Counted from the stretch's first letter, positions 1-14,141 are shown. The stretch is 37,352 bases of DNA from Sphaeroforma arctica JP610 (GCF_001186125.1 NW_014040475.1:93148-130499); one strand, 5' to 3'. Numbers and translations are program-made. The notes: a model not told the origin generated them from the sequence alone.

Positions 1-620
1 ATTCGTCTGTGTTTGTACGTGTGTGTGTGTGTGTATTTGCTTATGAAACAATATATTTCATTCAATTTTTCTGAAAATCAAAACTTATCCAACATGTTCT
101 TGAAACCTTGTATGTTATGCACTTGTATATTATCAAACTCGCGCTTGTTTTACTGAACATCAACACATGTAAAAGCATATACATACTTGTGGCCATATTA
201 GAATACTATATATTCGTGCATAGTTACATACATCGTCTATTGATTGGTGCGGAAACACAAGCATGTACAAGTACACATGAACCATTGCGCAAGTAAATAT
301 AAGTTCACATACCTTGCAACGAACTCAGACATCCGGGGTCCATGACTTTACATAGTCGCGTAGTCATCGACGAAAGGGATTCGAATGCATCCCTACATTT
401 ACTATACCCCTATTATTTGGTGGTCATATGAAGGTTCAGTCTCAACTCGCTATAAAGCATGCATACCTGCGACTACATTAAACAGAACAATACTGCGCAC
501 AATGACGGGTAAGAGTAGTTCCAATTGTATATGCTCTGGCATGGAAAATCTGCTTAATTCCACCCATTACCACTTTTAAATTGTGATGGCAGCTCACACT
601 AAGCTTGTTCTCTGATACAG

Positions 621-749
621 TCATATGTGGACGTGAATTCCAAGTCGTTGAGCTCCATTGAATCCCCCATCATGGTACTGATCACGAGATCATGGTGTCA
701 AGCGAGCCGGGCGCTCAAGGACAAACTAGCCTCTTCCAGCGAAGTTCAG
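621..749 (+). CDS. ERp18/AGR-like exon with active-site WCQAS
   Basis: ctgatacag|TCATAT ... GTTCAG|gtaaga; SYVDVNSKSLSSIESPIMVLITRSWCQASRALKDKLASSSEVQ. Confidence 0.8.
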
Positions 750-2274
750 GTAAGAGAAAAAACCTAAAAGGTTCATGTCATTCTCACTTTGCGTAACTGA
801 GCTCAGTTATTCCGCATTCAAATTCTTGTGTAGTATAAACAGTACTGTATAGGACGTGAACTGCATCCTTAGCACACCTCGTTGTATTTCTGTTCATCTC
901 AGGAACTAGCCAAGCAATTTACGCTGCTGAAGTTGGACGAAACCACAGACCCACTGGTGCCCCAATGGACAGGTAAGCATGTTTTATGACATTGCCAAGG
1001 CAGGTAGTCTGTGTGCATCGATTTGAGTTGAGATGGCGAAAAAAAAAATCGTATAGGCTACCGTATATATCCGTTGTACTCATACTCCATAGTGTACTTG
1101 CTCGCTCGACTGAACAACAGACAAGGCTGAGGGTTGGTAGCCAATACCTCAGAAGGCATAATGCCACTCTGAGATGGTAAACCTCAACATAATATTTTGC
1201 TTGGGCACTGATGACCGCCACAAGCGATATATGAGAGTTCGATGTACTACCATGCATATTGACATTCCTGCCAGTTTGAGGTGACGGAAGCGGTCAGTTG
1301 TTGGCTGATGTCTTGAATAAGTTCTCTCAAAATCAACATTGGCACAATGGTCATTGATGATTCTTGTGATTAGCTACAATCTCAATCAATTTCGGAAGTT
1401 AATGCTCGTTTGTTTCGGTACTGAAGCGCAATAATACAAGTTTATATCACTACCACCACTATACACAGTTCAAAGGGCTTATACACATGCACGAATACCA
1501 TACAGACATATGTTCTTCCAATATCAATAGATATATGTATACTTTGAGAGAGTTTTGTGTGTTTATTCGTTGTATGGGATATATGTTTTTATCGCTTTAC
1601 ATACACATATATCTATATCTAAATATGAACATAAACATACATTTCATGCCAAGACCCGTTGAATGCTTAAATTTGACATTGTTTCTCCATCTTGTACAGA
1701 TGGTACCTACACGCCACGCGTTGTCTTTGTGGCGCCACACGGGAAGGGATACCCACAGGCTATGCCTGTTGATAACCTTGAGACTGGTAACAAAGACTAC
1801 CCACACTACTACTGGGATGCAGAGCAAGTTTATGCTGCTATGGAGAAGGTATGCTTTCGGGTATATGCCATAGGCCATAGAACCATGTGCATTTCAATTA
1901 CTGCTTTGTGTGTTACGGTCTTACAACGTCTATGCACTGTTCAAGTGATGGTGCAAGCGAATAAATACAAACGCTCAATCGCAGAAACATTTTCCCGCGT
2001 GCATCGCCTCATTCTATCTCGTACCTGTGCTTACCTATAGGCGCTAGCAATACACGAAGAAGACTATCCAAATCGCCCCTTAGTGGATGTCCTAGAGCCG
2101 GCGAACGTGAGGTTGCCGTATGATGTACCAGATGTGCATCATTTGGTATACACACGCCCGCAGGAAGACGAACATGCGCATGACGATCCTACCAAGCCAC
2201 ACGTGGAAGGTAATGACGGTGCACACAGACGCACCCAGCGAAGTGCGGGCAAGAAGGCACGCAGTGAGTTGTAG
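621..2274 (+). CDS. TXNDC12: ERp18/TXNDC12/AGR-family thioredoxin-fold ER protein, 5' part unresolved; exons 621-749, 903-972, 1700-1848, 2041-2274
   Basis: GT-AG exons join in phase (0,1,0) to give ...SPIMVLITRSWCQASRALKDKLASSSEVQ|ELAKQFTLLKLDETTDPLVPQWT|DGTYTPRVVFVAPHG...GNKDYPHYYWDAEQVYAAMEK|ALAIHEED...KKARSEL*. This matches ERp18/AGR motifs (PxMVxxxxSWCxxx, DGxYxPRxxF, YxYxxAEQV) and ends in a KDEL-like signal. The symbol is family-level; orthology is not established. Confidence 0.82.
903..972 (+). CDS. ERp18/AGR-like exon
   Basis: catctcag|GAACTA ... GGACAG|gtaagc; ELAKQFTLLKLDETTDPLVPQWT. Confidence 0.8.
1700..1848 (+). CDS. ERp18/AGR-like exon (DGTYTPRVVF)
   Basis: cttgtacag|ATGGTA ... 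GAGAAG|gtatgc; in phase with flanking exons. Confidence 0.82.
2041..2274 (+). CDS. ERp18/AGR-like terminal exon ending RSEL*
   Basis: cctatag|GCGCTA ... GAGTTG TAG; His/acidic-rich extension plus KDEL-like tetrapeptide. Confidence 0.75.
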   Translation, partial: ALAIHEEDYPNRPLVDVLEPANVRLPYDVPDVHHLVYTRPQEDEHAHDDPTKPHVEGNDGAHRRTQRSAGKKARSEL

Positions 2275-5200
2275 TGTACAGTGCAGTGGATTAGAAAGGA
2301 TTGGGGTGCGTGCGAATCACTCTCGAGATAAGGCTACGAGTAACAACGCTCACCTTCCTTCCACTGGGATGAGCCGAGACTATGCTCATACTCTCTTGTT
2401 CTTTGACTTCAACAATGGGTCCAACGAGTGTAGTTGTATCCTTCTTAGCGATAGAGGCAGCCGCATGCCCGTGTCACACTCCTATGTGCCCGAGATACGA
2501 CCATATTCTGTGCATATACGTAGAGAGATGAGTTTAGCGAACGAGGCAAGTGGCTCCGGAAATGATTTACTCGCTAAACTGTAGAGAGATCCCAAGAGGT
2601 AAAGCCATGATCGGTAATATGCAAACTCGCTCTCATGCCAACACCGCATCGCTGCAACGATTATTCCATGTCGAATTTTCATTACAATCTATAACAAAGG
2701 CTTGTTTACTGTAATCATTTTCAAAATCATGAATATTCAAGTCCGTGGTACGCTTTATACTCGTTTCCCATTCCAGATATGCATTTACATTTTGTTTTAG
2801 TTTTGTATAGGTGCAAATAAGTAGAAGTGGTCTACATATGGAGCTTCTGTAGACATGGAGATAACAACACTTTATATAGCACAAGAGCATGAAAGGCACG
2901 GTCGAGAGCAAATCAATATACTTAGTGTAATCGGCGTACACTCGCGGCCGTGTTCTGAATCTTCGAGTAATCAATGGAGTCCAGTTGTTTCAATTTTAGA
3001 CCTTAGTTTATGAAGTATGTTGGTTTTAGCATCTAAAAAAGTCGCACTGATGTCCTCGGAAGAATCTAGAATTAGCCAATGCATATGATTGCACTTCAGA
3101 CACCTGGTTGGTAAATACATTTCCCTTCCCTCGATCAGTGTCGCTTATCCGATATTATATCCACCTGAAACGATGGCTTATATTATATTGGTGTAGCTGT
3201 GTTCCAAGTGCAGGAAGGAGACGAGATCTAATATAAAACATATGAGGGTCGCCAGTTTGCGAATCTATAAATTAATATTAATATATTCAATACTTTTAAA
3301 ATAACTAGACTGTGACCGTAGTGCCCCACTGTCAGAGTAAGTATGCTGTATTCTTTTCCCGCGACAGATAATAGGAAAGACCTTGCTATAGTTTTGTGTT
3401 TGCGTAGGGCTCGTGTGTAGGCTAGACTCCAGCAATACATTGCCTCCCGATCGAATGGGTAGTTCAACTTCCAGACCTACGAGAGGTGTAGTAGCTGTAA
3501 TAGTCCGCAGTAGATACAATAGAGTACTGGACATTGTCCGCTCGGATCACTCTCAAAAAACGATATTCGTCCACATAGGTAGCAAAATTATGAAACTATG
3601 TTTTCTGGATATTATGTAAATACCATGCAAAAAAAGCTATTCATTTAAAACGAGAATAGACTATCAGTCAGGTATTTCCTTTTCATCCGTCAAATATAAT
3701 ATGTATTTGCTCTTCTCGGCGCCTGGTGAGCTCTGCATTGGTCGAGAAACATAACGCCAACGTTGATTGGATTTATGAGATCGTGTTCCGTTAATAGTCA
3801 TCATGACCCTCTAGAGAAGAAAGAAAATATAGCTGAACGGACTACTCATATCCGATATTATACCAGCTCAGTGTCAAGGCACCTATCTAAACACTGGTTG
3901 CGCTTTCTGATGGTTCATCTTTTAATAACAACCGGGCCCGATACTTTATTGTGGTTCGGGAAAACCACTGGTGATATTTTACAGGGGCGATAATCAATTC
4001 ACAAATTTGGGGTATTCGAAAGTTCCGTCAAACGGCTGCCAATATATTCTAAGCCTACACATCATAAAGTTGTATTGGGTAGCTGTGAAGCGCTCCACTA
4101 CCCCACGTATAGTATCTTAAATCAGTTTATTGAGATGGATCATTTCTTGTTGTTGTCGTATCTCCCGAGTTAACATAACATGATAAAGTTACAGCAACAT
4201 GTATTCAAATTGCATAGCTTATCTTGCAATCCACTGGAGTACGTAGGGAGCGCAAGCAAATTTAAAATCTACAGCCATCAATCGGCTTGTTCTCCTGACA
4301 TGTTACAATGTCAATGTGTACTGTTCTATTGTATTTATGTATTCAGATTTAAAATAAGTCTATATAAAAAAAGAACAGTACAGACATATATAATTATGTA
4401 AAATATGAAGTTTGCTATATTGCATATATTTATGTATGTACATTGTACACAGTATGTAGTATGTACTCTTTACTGTTTGCAGCTACCAGCCAGCGTGAAG
4501 GGCTACAGGCCACTCAGAGACTACGAGAGCAGGACAAAAAGTCAAAAATAGATGGAGAGAGAGCGCCACTTCAGTCGGCACGGCAGCCAGCCAATTTAGA
4601 GGGGGCTATGGACCTATGGTATGACCTACTCTATGAATTATTTATTTATTTATTTTTAAAAAACCACAAAAAGAATTGTGCACACACAAACACTACAACT
4701 TTGCAGTTTGCAACTTTGCATCATGGGCCCTCTCAGAAGAATGCAGATGTCGCTGGATGAAACATGGCCTGATGCGTCATCTGGTATTTATTTATCTCAA
4801 TTCTCAGATTCCTGAATTCTGAGAAACTTTACGTTGTTGCTGTACCGAATAAACGTTCCACGTTTAAATAACACTATTTAACGCAATCTTCTTGTCTACG
4901 CGTTACAGCAAGAGACCTTTTCTAAAAAAGCACTTTTCTTTTTGGTTCTTTCTGATGAGTAATGAGTGACGACTAGACCTATTTTCATTTATCTCTTATC
5001 TTTATTTTAACTTTTGATTTAAAAAAAAAAATAGGCCATAGCCTCCTAGGTTTTTTTTAGGAGGCTATTTACATATGATTAGGCTTTCAAAAAAAACCCC
5101 CCCCCCGAATTGTAATCCCTAAATAACAGCATGCAGTCACCTTTACCCAGGCCCCAGGACTGAGAAAATTTGTATTGCTTTTTTGATTTATTTTGTAAAA

Positions 5201-5732
5201 AAAATATTATTACTAAAACATGTACAAAAATTGCCCACTTTTTAAAAAAAGGAGTCCCAGTCCCAAGACTCTGGCCCTGAGGTGAGTCAGGTTGCTGGGT
5301 ATGTATTTGGGGGGTAGGGCCGGTAGGCTTCTCTGGACAATGGACAATTGGACAAGGATATTGGATACATACATCGAGTTAGAAAAAATATTTTAATAGC
5401 ATTCACCATCAAGATGATGTAATTCACTATGTATTTATTTACAATCTATTTACATATTTGAGATACAGTATGTCATATTGACTTCACATTCATGTGGAAT
5501 TCTATTTATGACACGAAAGAAAAATATACGGGTTATCTAATAATATTTCAAATTTTCAATACCGTTATTTTTTTATCTGAGATAGTAGTTTTAAATATTT
5601 TACCGTCTCCACATAGAGCCTCTACTTACTGACTATATACGTGAGAGACAGATATAAAGGACGTGAATGAGGATTATATCGTACTAAGAATAGTGTATGT
5701 TGAGCTTGGAGTTACACACAGCCACATTCAAG

Positions 5733-6511
5733 ATGAAATCGTTAATATCGCGCGTGTTTGTAGCACTACTGCTATGTGTCGCATTAGCAGCCCGACAAAC
5801 ACACGTTTGTGCACAGGATGCGCCTATAGATGCTGTAAACAATACAACACCAGTTATAGATAATGATATCGGAGTGATTCCAGCTGAGGCTGTACCTGTG
5901 AACGAAGACGTTCCGGTTGACGGTGCCGATGAAGACTCAGAGCTTGAGCTCGACCCAATCCCGGAAGACGGAGATGTGCCATCGACAGTGCAAGCGGGTG
6001 ATGTGACCGATCCTGTCGACACTCAAAACGATATGAATGATGTTGTTGTTGATGTGGTGAATGACGATGCTGATAATTTGGATGATCAAGAAGTTGACGT
6101 TGACATACCCGATAACGAAGCGGATATATTCGCAGACCAGGACTTAGACCCAGACTTCGATGCTAACCTCAATGACGAGTTCTTTGATGAGGATGTCGGG
6201 GATGTCACTGAGGTGGTCGACGAGATTGAATTAGATACTGTTAATGATAACGGCACTACTATTGTTGACGCCATTACTTTTGCAGATTTGGAAGCGGGTG
6301 TGGCGAGGATTGTGTTTGCCTACCACCTACCGCCGGGTGTGACCGAGGAAGCTGCTCTGGCTAACTTGCCTGTGTTGCTGCTGGAAATACTGCCGGTGGA
6401 TGATGTGGAGATTGTACTGAAGATCGTAGATGAGTACTACTTGGGCGTGTTTGAGGTGCTTGCGGGCGAGGCGGATTTCACTGAAAGCAGTTCGGAGGCT
6501 ATTATATCAAA
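5733..6511 (+). CDS. Transferrin-like exon 1: signal peptide, acidic region, start of lobe 1
   Basis: ATG at 5733; donor TCAAA|gtatgt (phase 2); ...[10 protein letters not shown]...[12 protein letters not shown]. Confidence 0.85.
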
Positions 6512-6820
6512 GTATGTCAAGTATATACAGGCAATTCATGCCGGCACGGTCTTTCCGTATGACTTATTGTTTGAATGCATCTGGTATTTGCTGTACAGCA
6601 CGAGATCAATAACAAATAGAATGAGTATTCAACTGCACACATTCGAGTACTACGCACCGGTCTTGATATATTACTAGTATACGCAAACCTCTATATATTT
6701 TTGTATGTGAATGTCACCGCATTTGATACTATTGTATCCCGTGTAGATCGTTGCCGTTTCTCAGACCTGCACACCAGTGCAAATCTACTATATTTAGATG
6801 GATACGTATTGGTTTATACA

Positions 6821-6851
<31 letters not shown>

Positions 6852-6943
6852 CGTGTGTGTGTGAGTGTATGTATGGTATATATGTATGTATGTATTTATA
6901 TATACATATATACATCTATTTCTTTTTAGATTGATATTGATAA

Positions 6944-6981
<38 letters not shown>

Positions 6982-7058
6982 ATGTGTGTAATGTCTACGT
7001 TTATATGAATACCAAGTATATATATATATATATGTATGTATTAATATTATGAGAATAC

Positions 7059-7099
<41 letters not shown>

Positions 7100-7207
7100 G
7101 GTGGGGGGGGGTTGGGTATGTGTGTATTGTCTATGTGTATATGAATACCAAGTATATATATATATATATATCTATATATATATCTATTAATATTATGAGA
7201 ATACAGG

Positions 7208-7241
<34 letters not shown>

Positions 7242-9453
7242 GGGGGGGATTATATGTGTGTGTGTGTGTATATATATATAGTGTATCTGGTCACGCTTTG
7301 ATAAGCACGTATATATTCCTATATATATATATATATCGTTATCGATATGTAATCGTCGGATAGGACGTTATCGAGTATTGCGATGCCAATAATGGTATTA
7401 TTCAATCTATTTATATTTATCACTCGTACGAGAGGTCCACAAATTATTTGTTTGTTCGTGCCTATATGTACATTAGCGTACGTTTACATCTATATAACTA
7501 TAGAGTAAACAAAGAGTAGACGAACAATCGTCTCATATATATATGTATTTATGTATGTATATATATATATATATATATACGCGGCTACAAATACATGCTT
7601 GTATTCAGGTTAAGAATCCTTACCATTTTCTATTTAAATTTACTCACTGTAAAATAAAATCAATCGATCACCACGTACCCTTACATACCTTCTCTTCCAG
7701 TCACGATGAATTGGAGACGATTGTTGTAGAGACCTATGCTAACGGCAAGCACTACCATGAGATCCTGGCTCTAACCCACGAAGACAGTAACATACAATCC
7801 TTCGGCCAACTAGAGGGTAAGCGCGCATGCTTCAGTAAGTTCGACGACAATGCGGGTATGAAGCTCCCCATTGGCTACTACCTGCGTACCAATCAGATGC
7901 CGGCTGGCTCCGATCTCGAAGACACCATCACCAGCTTCTTCAGGTATCGCATATCAATCACAATCGATTGCTATCCATGGCATGCGACTGAGGCTCCAAC
8001 GTGAGTGCAGGCTGTCGTGTGCCTTGAGGCTAGTGGTGCACACAGCAACGGGCGTGTCTCCTTTGTGTTTGTAGACGCGTGTGTGCATGTCTGGCCGGTC
8101 TTCGGTTGTTGTGGCCACATTGTTTACTATGTCCCGCAATGCAACAGTGACGCCCAGCCGTAGCCAGGGCTTGGACTGTCACAAGCACCTTGTCAACGCT
8201 ATAGACTTTACCATCCTGCATATAATCCTCTGCAAGGCTGTTCTATGCACGCGTATCAGATCTGGGTTGGTGTGTACGATGTCGGGGTAGACAGTAGTCG
8301 TGTGTTTGTGAGTCCTAATGCGCCCTGTGATTGTTTGCTAGCGCCAGGCTCCAACTGTGCAATACGTTGACGTGTCTCTAGACCACCCATCGCCTCTGAT
8401 AGGTTTGCTATAGAGCAAAGTCCTCAAGGTCTGGTGTGCCTTGGCCTTGGGTGCGGAGTTGTACTCGCTCGTATTAGACCTTGGTGTATACAATCACTAC
8501 CATCAGTGCCTTGACTGAAAGTGCTGAGTTTCTGTTGTGCTTAAACGGTGTAGTATAAGAAGAGTGTCGGTGCTCACCTTCAACGTGTGCCACTGTAGTG
8601 TTTGCCAGGTGCGTGTTGAGATACTGCAAGACTCGCGGTCGTTACACACTGAATTGACGACAGTATAGACACGCAGTGGCTTGGGGATGTACCCATCGAT
8701 TACGTAGTCTATTCTCGAAGCATTCAACACGCGGGTGAGCTGTCTATCTTGTGTAGATGAACGCAATACAACTCTTCTGTGTGGGAATGTACCGACGTCA
8801 CATACCCATTACTCAGATAGTCGACAAGCCTCCTATCACACAGGCCGTCGTTGTGCACTGTACATTGGGTGACATCTACGTACAGGTCCGATAGGCTTTG
8901 CGTTGCAGTCACTCACGTGCACTACTTCCAATATCGTCTGTACAGCAACGGATCGTGTGCCGAGCCCGTCCTGTGCGAAACGTGCAAGGACAACAACGTG
9001 AATGGCAATTGCAATGACTTGGACCTGTATGCCGGTTACCAAGGCGCAATGGAGTGCTTGATTGAAAAGGCTGGCGAAGTGGCCTTCATCCGTGACATAG
9101 ATATTGACGTGCCAGATGATGAGGCGATGGCCGACCACATCAGGCCCTTTGTGGTGAGTTTGCGATGGTAGTATGAGTATGTATACCGGTACAGTTGTGG
9201 GAATGATGTGTATATGCTCATTAGAGTTGATTTTTTGCTTCGCTTGTTTTGGCTGTGTACATCCATTGGGGAGTGTTCGTAGCAATGTCGGGGGTAGCGC
9301 AAGCTCATATATGTGTGGACGTGCATAGGTATTTAACTATCCCGCACTATGCTATATATATGTGTATAACATTTATATATATATATTTATAAATATATGT
9401 ATGTATGTGTGTGTTTATATATGTATGTATATATGTATATATATGTATGTATA

Positions 9454-9485
<32 letters not shown>

Positions 9486-9731
9486 TATTTTATGTTTATA
9501 TGTATATGTTATTTGTATATATATATACATGTATATTATTTGCATATATATGCTATTTATATATAGTTATTAGTTATGTAGTAGTAGTTTNTATATNTAT
9601 NTATATNTATNTNTATATCTATATATTGTTTCGTTGTGTCGTGTGTAGTTGTCGTTACGTNNNNNNNNNNNNNNNNNNNNGGTACGTATTTATTTCTTGT
9701 AATAGTGTCTCGTACCTCGCATACACATCGT

Positions 9732-9786
<55 letters not shown>

Positions 9787-12780
9787 CACGTTATGAGTTT
9801 TTTACCTGCTTATATTTCTTGATATGCGTATACCTACATACACTTATCGAGATACATACCCACATTTACTTCGCGAGATATATACCTACATACACCTCGT
9901 GAGATATATAAATAACTTTCCCACAGCAAAGCCTCGCCGAAAGGATTAAATTACCCATACTATGGGTCAAGCGACACTTTGTTTCATACCCATCGTCCTT
10001 TTCCTCTCTCTCCTCCGCACGCACACACACAGACAATACCTATGGATGGTGTGCGGCTTCCCAGTCATACTGTGGTCATCAAGAAACCCGGAGCCAACAG
10101 ACGACAGGCCAATGCCACACGCGCAGAGCTCATCCGTGATCATCTCAGATCGGCCTTCCTCAGCATTACAGCAGACGACCCTATCTCCCAGGTACCTGAC
10201 TGTTCGTGGCCAAAGGGCCGTTACTGCGGGACTGTGTAGTGTCGCGTAGGTGTACATGGTGTAGTGTCGCGGAGGTGTACATGCGTGCATGTGCGTCGGT
10301 GTGTCTGTGTGTTTTACGGAGTTTAGGGGGCTGTATCCACTGCGATTATAAGCACGTTTTGTGGTTCGCCTGCGGCATTGGTGTGTGTGTGTACACGCAC
10401 TGTTGTGTGTGCAATCGTATAGGAGGGGGGGGGGGGGTTGGCCAGAAGTACGCTCAAGTTACTGAGTAATAGCAATGAGGGCCTTATAGTCCTGTCGACC
10501 GGTTGTCGAGATGTTGTCCGTGTGCGTACCTGATTGTTTGTTTGTTTGCAGGGAGGTGGAACGTGCAAAGCCTCACTTGCCAGCACACTCCCACGACTTG
10601 CCACACAAAAGTGCTCGTATTTGGATGGAGTGCTAGTCCTGACTATCGCTCTACACCACGTGTGCATACCTGCCCTCTAGCCACCGTTACACGACCAGGA
10701 ATACATAGCCACCCTCTATACCCAGAGTGTGCGTTCTGTATCCTCATGATTGGGTGCTGATATACGCCACCGCTCTATCCCCCTCGGCAGTACCTGCACT
10801 CCAACCACGGCTACACGACCATGGGTATGGACAGTCAACTGTCTGGGTTCGAGGAGAATATCGCCTGCGTTCCGGGCCTCAGTCTGGGGCTGCAATGTCG
10901 GACCGAGGCCGACAACTCTGTGGCCGGCAATTCCTCTACCCCTGCCAATGGTAGGTGACTATATGGAGATGACTTACTATTAGTATTAGTATAGCAGCTC
11001 ACCCAGTCGTGGTGATTCAGGAGGGACCGTTGTATGGACATGTACGCGTGCGTGAGCGTTGTGGGTCGTGGTGGCGCTTGATGCCTGCACCAATAGACCT
11101 TAACCGTCTAAAACGGTAGCGTATACTTGAGAAGGCTATGGACATGCATATACTGGGCTGCTTTTTGTTGTGTTTTGTTGTGTCGTTTTATTCTGTGCTG
11201 TGTGCTCGTGTAGTGCGGTCGTAATCCGAAACGTTTTTCAGTTTCTGTACACCCAAACATTGTCCGTCTCCTGCCATGCGACGCCTGATTATATTGTCGG
11301 GTATCGCAGACACAGCCTCAAAGTAGTTTGTAGTTGGCTTCGAGATAGAGATAGGCCTCTTGGGACCTGTATTTGTCCACCGAGTTTTAGGGCTGGTTCT
11401 GCCCGGACCGTGTTCGTTTGGGTTGTCTTCTATCTTTGTGGACCGTGTTCGTTTGGGTTGACTTCTATCTTTGTTGTCTGCTGGTGGTGCGCGATACTCC
11501 TCAGACCTACGTGCAACAGGATTGCAAGCACTACCACACCGCACACTGCTGCCACCACAGGCAACTAGAGTTGACACTGGCACCATTGACATTGGTAACT
11601 AGAGTTAACACTGACACTATTGACTTCTGTGCTAATAAGTTACGCGTATACACGAGTTGCATTATTGGCAACTAGAGTTGACACTGACACCAATGACATT
11701 CAGCACTAATAAACATCTACGCGTACGCATGTACTCGCAGCCACCCCGTTCTCGGCATGGATCACTCACTCACTGACTTCAACAAACCATTGACATATCC
11801 AAACGCTACAGCCACGGCTACAGCCACCGACATGGCCTCGGCCACAGACACAGCCACAGTGAACGACACACAGACAGTTGGGGCGCCGTTTGAAACCTCA
11901 AGCCTTACCACCGTTCACATAGCGGTGGCCCAGGAGATCACACAGGCTAAGAAAGACGAGCTGTTTGAGCTATTTACAACTGGGCTGCTGTTAGAGTTGG
12001 AGGTATAGTCTTAATACTAGACACGCTGTACATATGTTTTGTATGTGTGTATGGCTGGGTGAGTGAGTGTGTGTGTGTGTGTGTGTGGGATGGTGTCACT
12101 GGATGGTCAAGAATTGATGACATACATGTCAGTTGTATAAGTACGTATCGGGTTTAGGGTTTCGGGTTCTCTCTTCTTGTTTTTTGATACCAGGCAGCGC
12201 TTCCGCATCTCGCTGTGCGAGATATACGCGCGTGTGGTTGTACAATCAAAAGTATACCTGCACACACTCCTCGTTTGCCATTTGTGCCTTCTCCGTGCCT
12301 ATATCAGATGGCTCTGCACTCGGATAAGTAACTTTCTGTATCAATTACTTAAGACATTCGGTTCGATGGCACGCCGTGGGCCTAGAGGTTTACACGTATA
12401 GTGTCTTTATGTGTACGAAGTTTATAATAGTTAAATGAGAAACATACAGTGCGCAACAACTAAATACTATCCAAATCGAGACACCTGTGTCGACTTTGAA
12501 GGCAGAAGAGTTCCACTACTAGGCACAGCAGCTCTTGAATGTATACCATCGCGCTTGTTACAGTTTCGCCCGTATTCCAATCGCTACGTCGGAATTGTTA
12601 TATGCCGCCATTGTAAACCGCCGATAGGTAGAACTTGTAAAGTCCAGAGTACAAGTTTGGTCGGTACATACAAATTAATATTTATGTTCTACTCAAAGCG
12701 GATCTAGGGTCTGAACCTGGCTGCTGCGCTTGCATGTCCGTCTAATGTATGCATCAGTCTGTTTCTATAGATCAACATGC

Positions 12781-12812
<32 letters not shown>

Positions 12813-14110
12813 CAGTTGTTATACGTACTAACCGTGTCCTATATCAATATGACGAATCCGCAGTTTATACCCACAAGTGATCACATTGAGGCTGTACTGA
12901 TGATTGGAAATGGCACGGCCGACCTAGCTATAGCAGATGCCTACGCGTCAATGGTGGCTGTGGGCATGGAGCTTGACGCCATCGCAGTGCAGCAAATAGC
13001 AGGTAGGTGATATATATATATATATATCGAAGATGTCACTACTTGCGTTTGTGCCTGTGTTGTGGGTGATTGTGTTGTAAATGTGACGTATTTGTATTGA
13101 ATCAAGTAGTATGCCTATTTATTCACTTCTATGACAAAACGGACCCAGGCTTTATTGGTGCTCCAAAAACATACCACTATAGGGACCTATAGCGCACACT
13201 AGCAAACCAATATGCATTCGCTTCATTGCTGAACCTGATGTCGTGCTTTTGCACGGATTTTTCGGATGTCTCATATCCCCTGTGTACGCCTGCACTTGCC
13301 CGTTCGTCAGGTGGCGACTACTACCACAGACATCAGGCGTGGACACTTGCTGAGGAGCACGCGGCTGGTCTGCGGGACTTTGAATACTCTGAAGCATGTT
13401 TCCCAGGTGAGTAGTCAAGGCTCTGTGAGTGTGTACGCTACGCACGGGCTCGTAACCCTTTGTGTGGGATAGCTCCTTCGCATGCGGACTATGTAGGTTG
13501 TCTATGTCGGCCTCGAAACTCGGATGGATTCACTGTGTGTGGTGCTAGGTATCTCGTGGTTGACAGAGTGTGGGTGTGCTGGGTGTGGGTGGCTGTGTTG
13601 TTTAGGACTTTCATGCCTTGGCCGACGAATCCATTTGTAATCGTCACAATCCGGAATAGAACATGTCTTTACCAATTTTTAATAAGTTTTTGAATTTGTA
13701 ACAAATTTCTGATATGTCATTGAATTTGGTATCGATTTCCAATGAGTTATTAAACTTGGTAAATTTCTAATGAGTTACTGAAATCGGTGTGTTCTTTCGC
13801 TCACTGACTCTAATTTGCTTTTGGTGTTTTGGTGCAAATCTATAGGATTCGGACTTGATACAGCCTTGACTACGAGCATTGGGTATCAAATCAGACATGG
13901 ACTCATTGTGGCGGGCGAGGACCTCGAAGTCACCAGTAAGTACCAAACTCTCGCTGTATTTTCATACTTTACCTTTGCATGCTTATGCCTCATGAGCATA
14001 TAGTTTAATAGAAGATTGTTCTAAAATATAAGATTATATATATATATAAATGTGTCTGTGTGTGTGTGTATGTATATATGTATAAGTATATGTGTGTATA
14101 TATGTATATG

Positions 14111-14141
<31 letters not shown>

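Noticed and set aside
330..510. Candidate upstream exons of the ERp18-like gene
   Set aside because: The donor at 509 cannot join 621 in an open frame, and no family similarity was visible; 5' end left unresolved.
4487..4600. GC-richer patch with an Sm-site-like TATTTTTGA on the minus strand
   Set aside because: No recognisable snRNA or SL RNA sequence; would need an Rfam search.
5095..5320. Imperfect inverted repeat in the upstream region
   Set aside because: Too gapped to distinguish from chance by eye.
5697..6677. 326-aa ORF as a complete single-exon gene
   Set aside because: The ATG at 5733 starts the signal peptide, and the donor at 6512 joins exon 2 in phase to continue lobe 1.
6700..7600. 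Many YI/CV-rich ORFs here and in other introns
   Set aside because: Translations of (TA)n and (TG)n microsatellites.
11741..11811. Acceptor ctcgcag at 11740 for exon 6
   Set aside because: Out of phase with exon 5 and leads to TGA; the AG at 11810-11811 fits.
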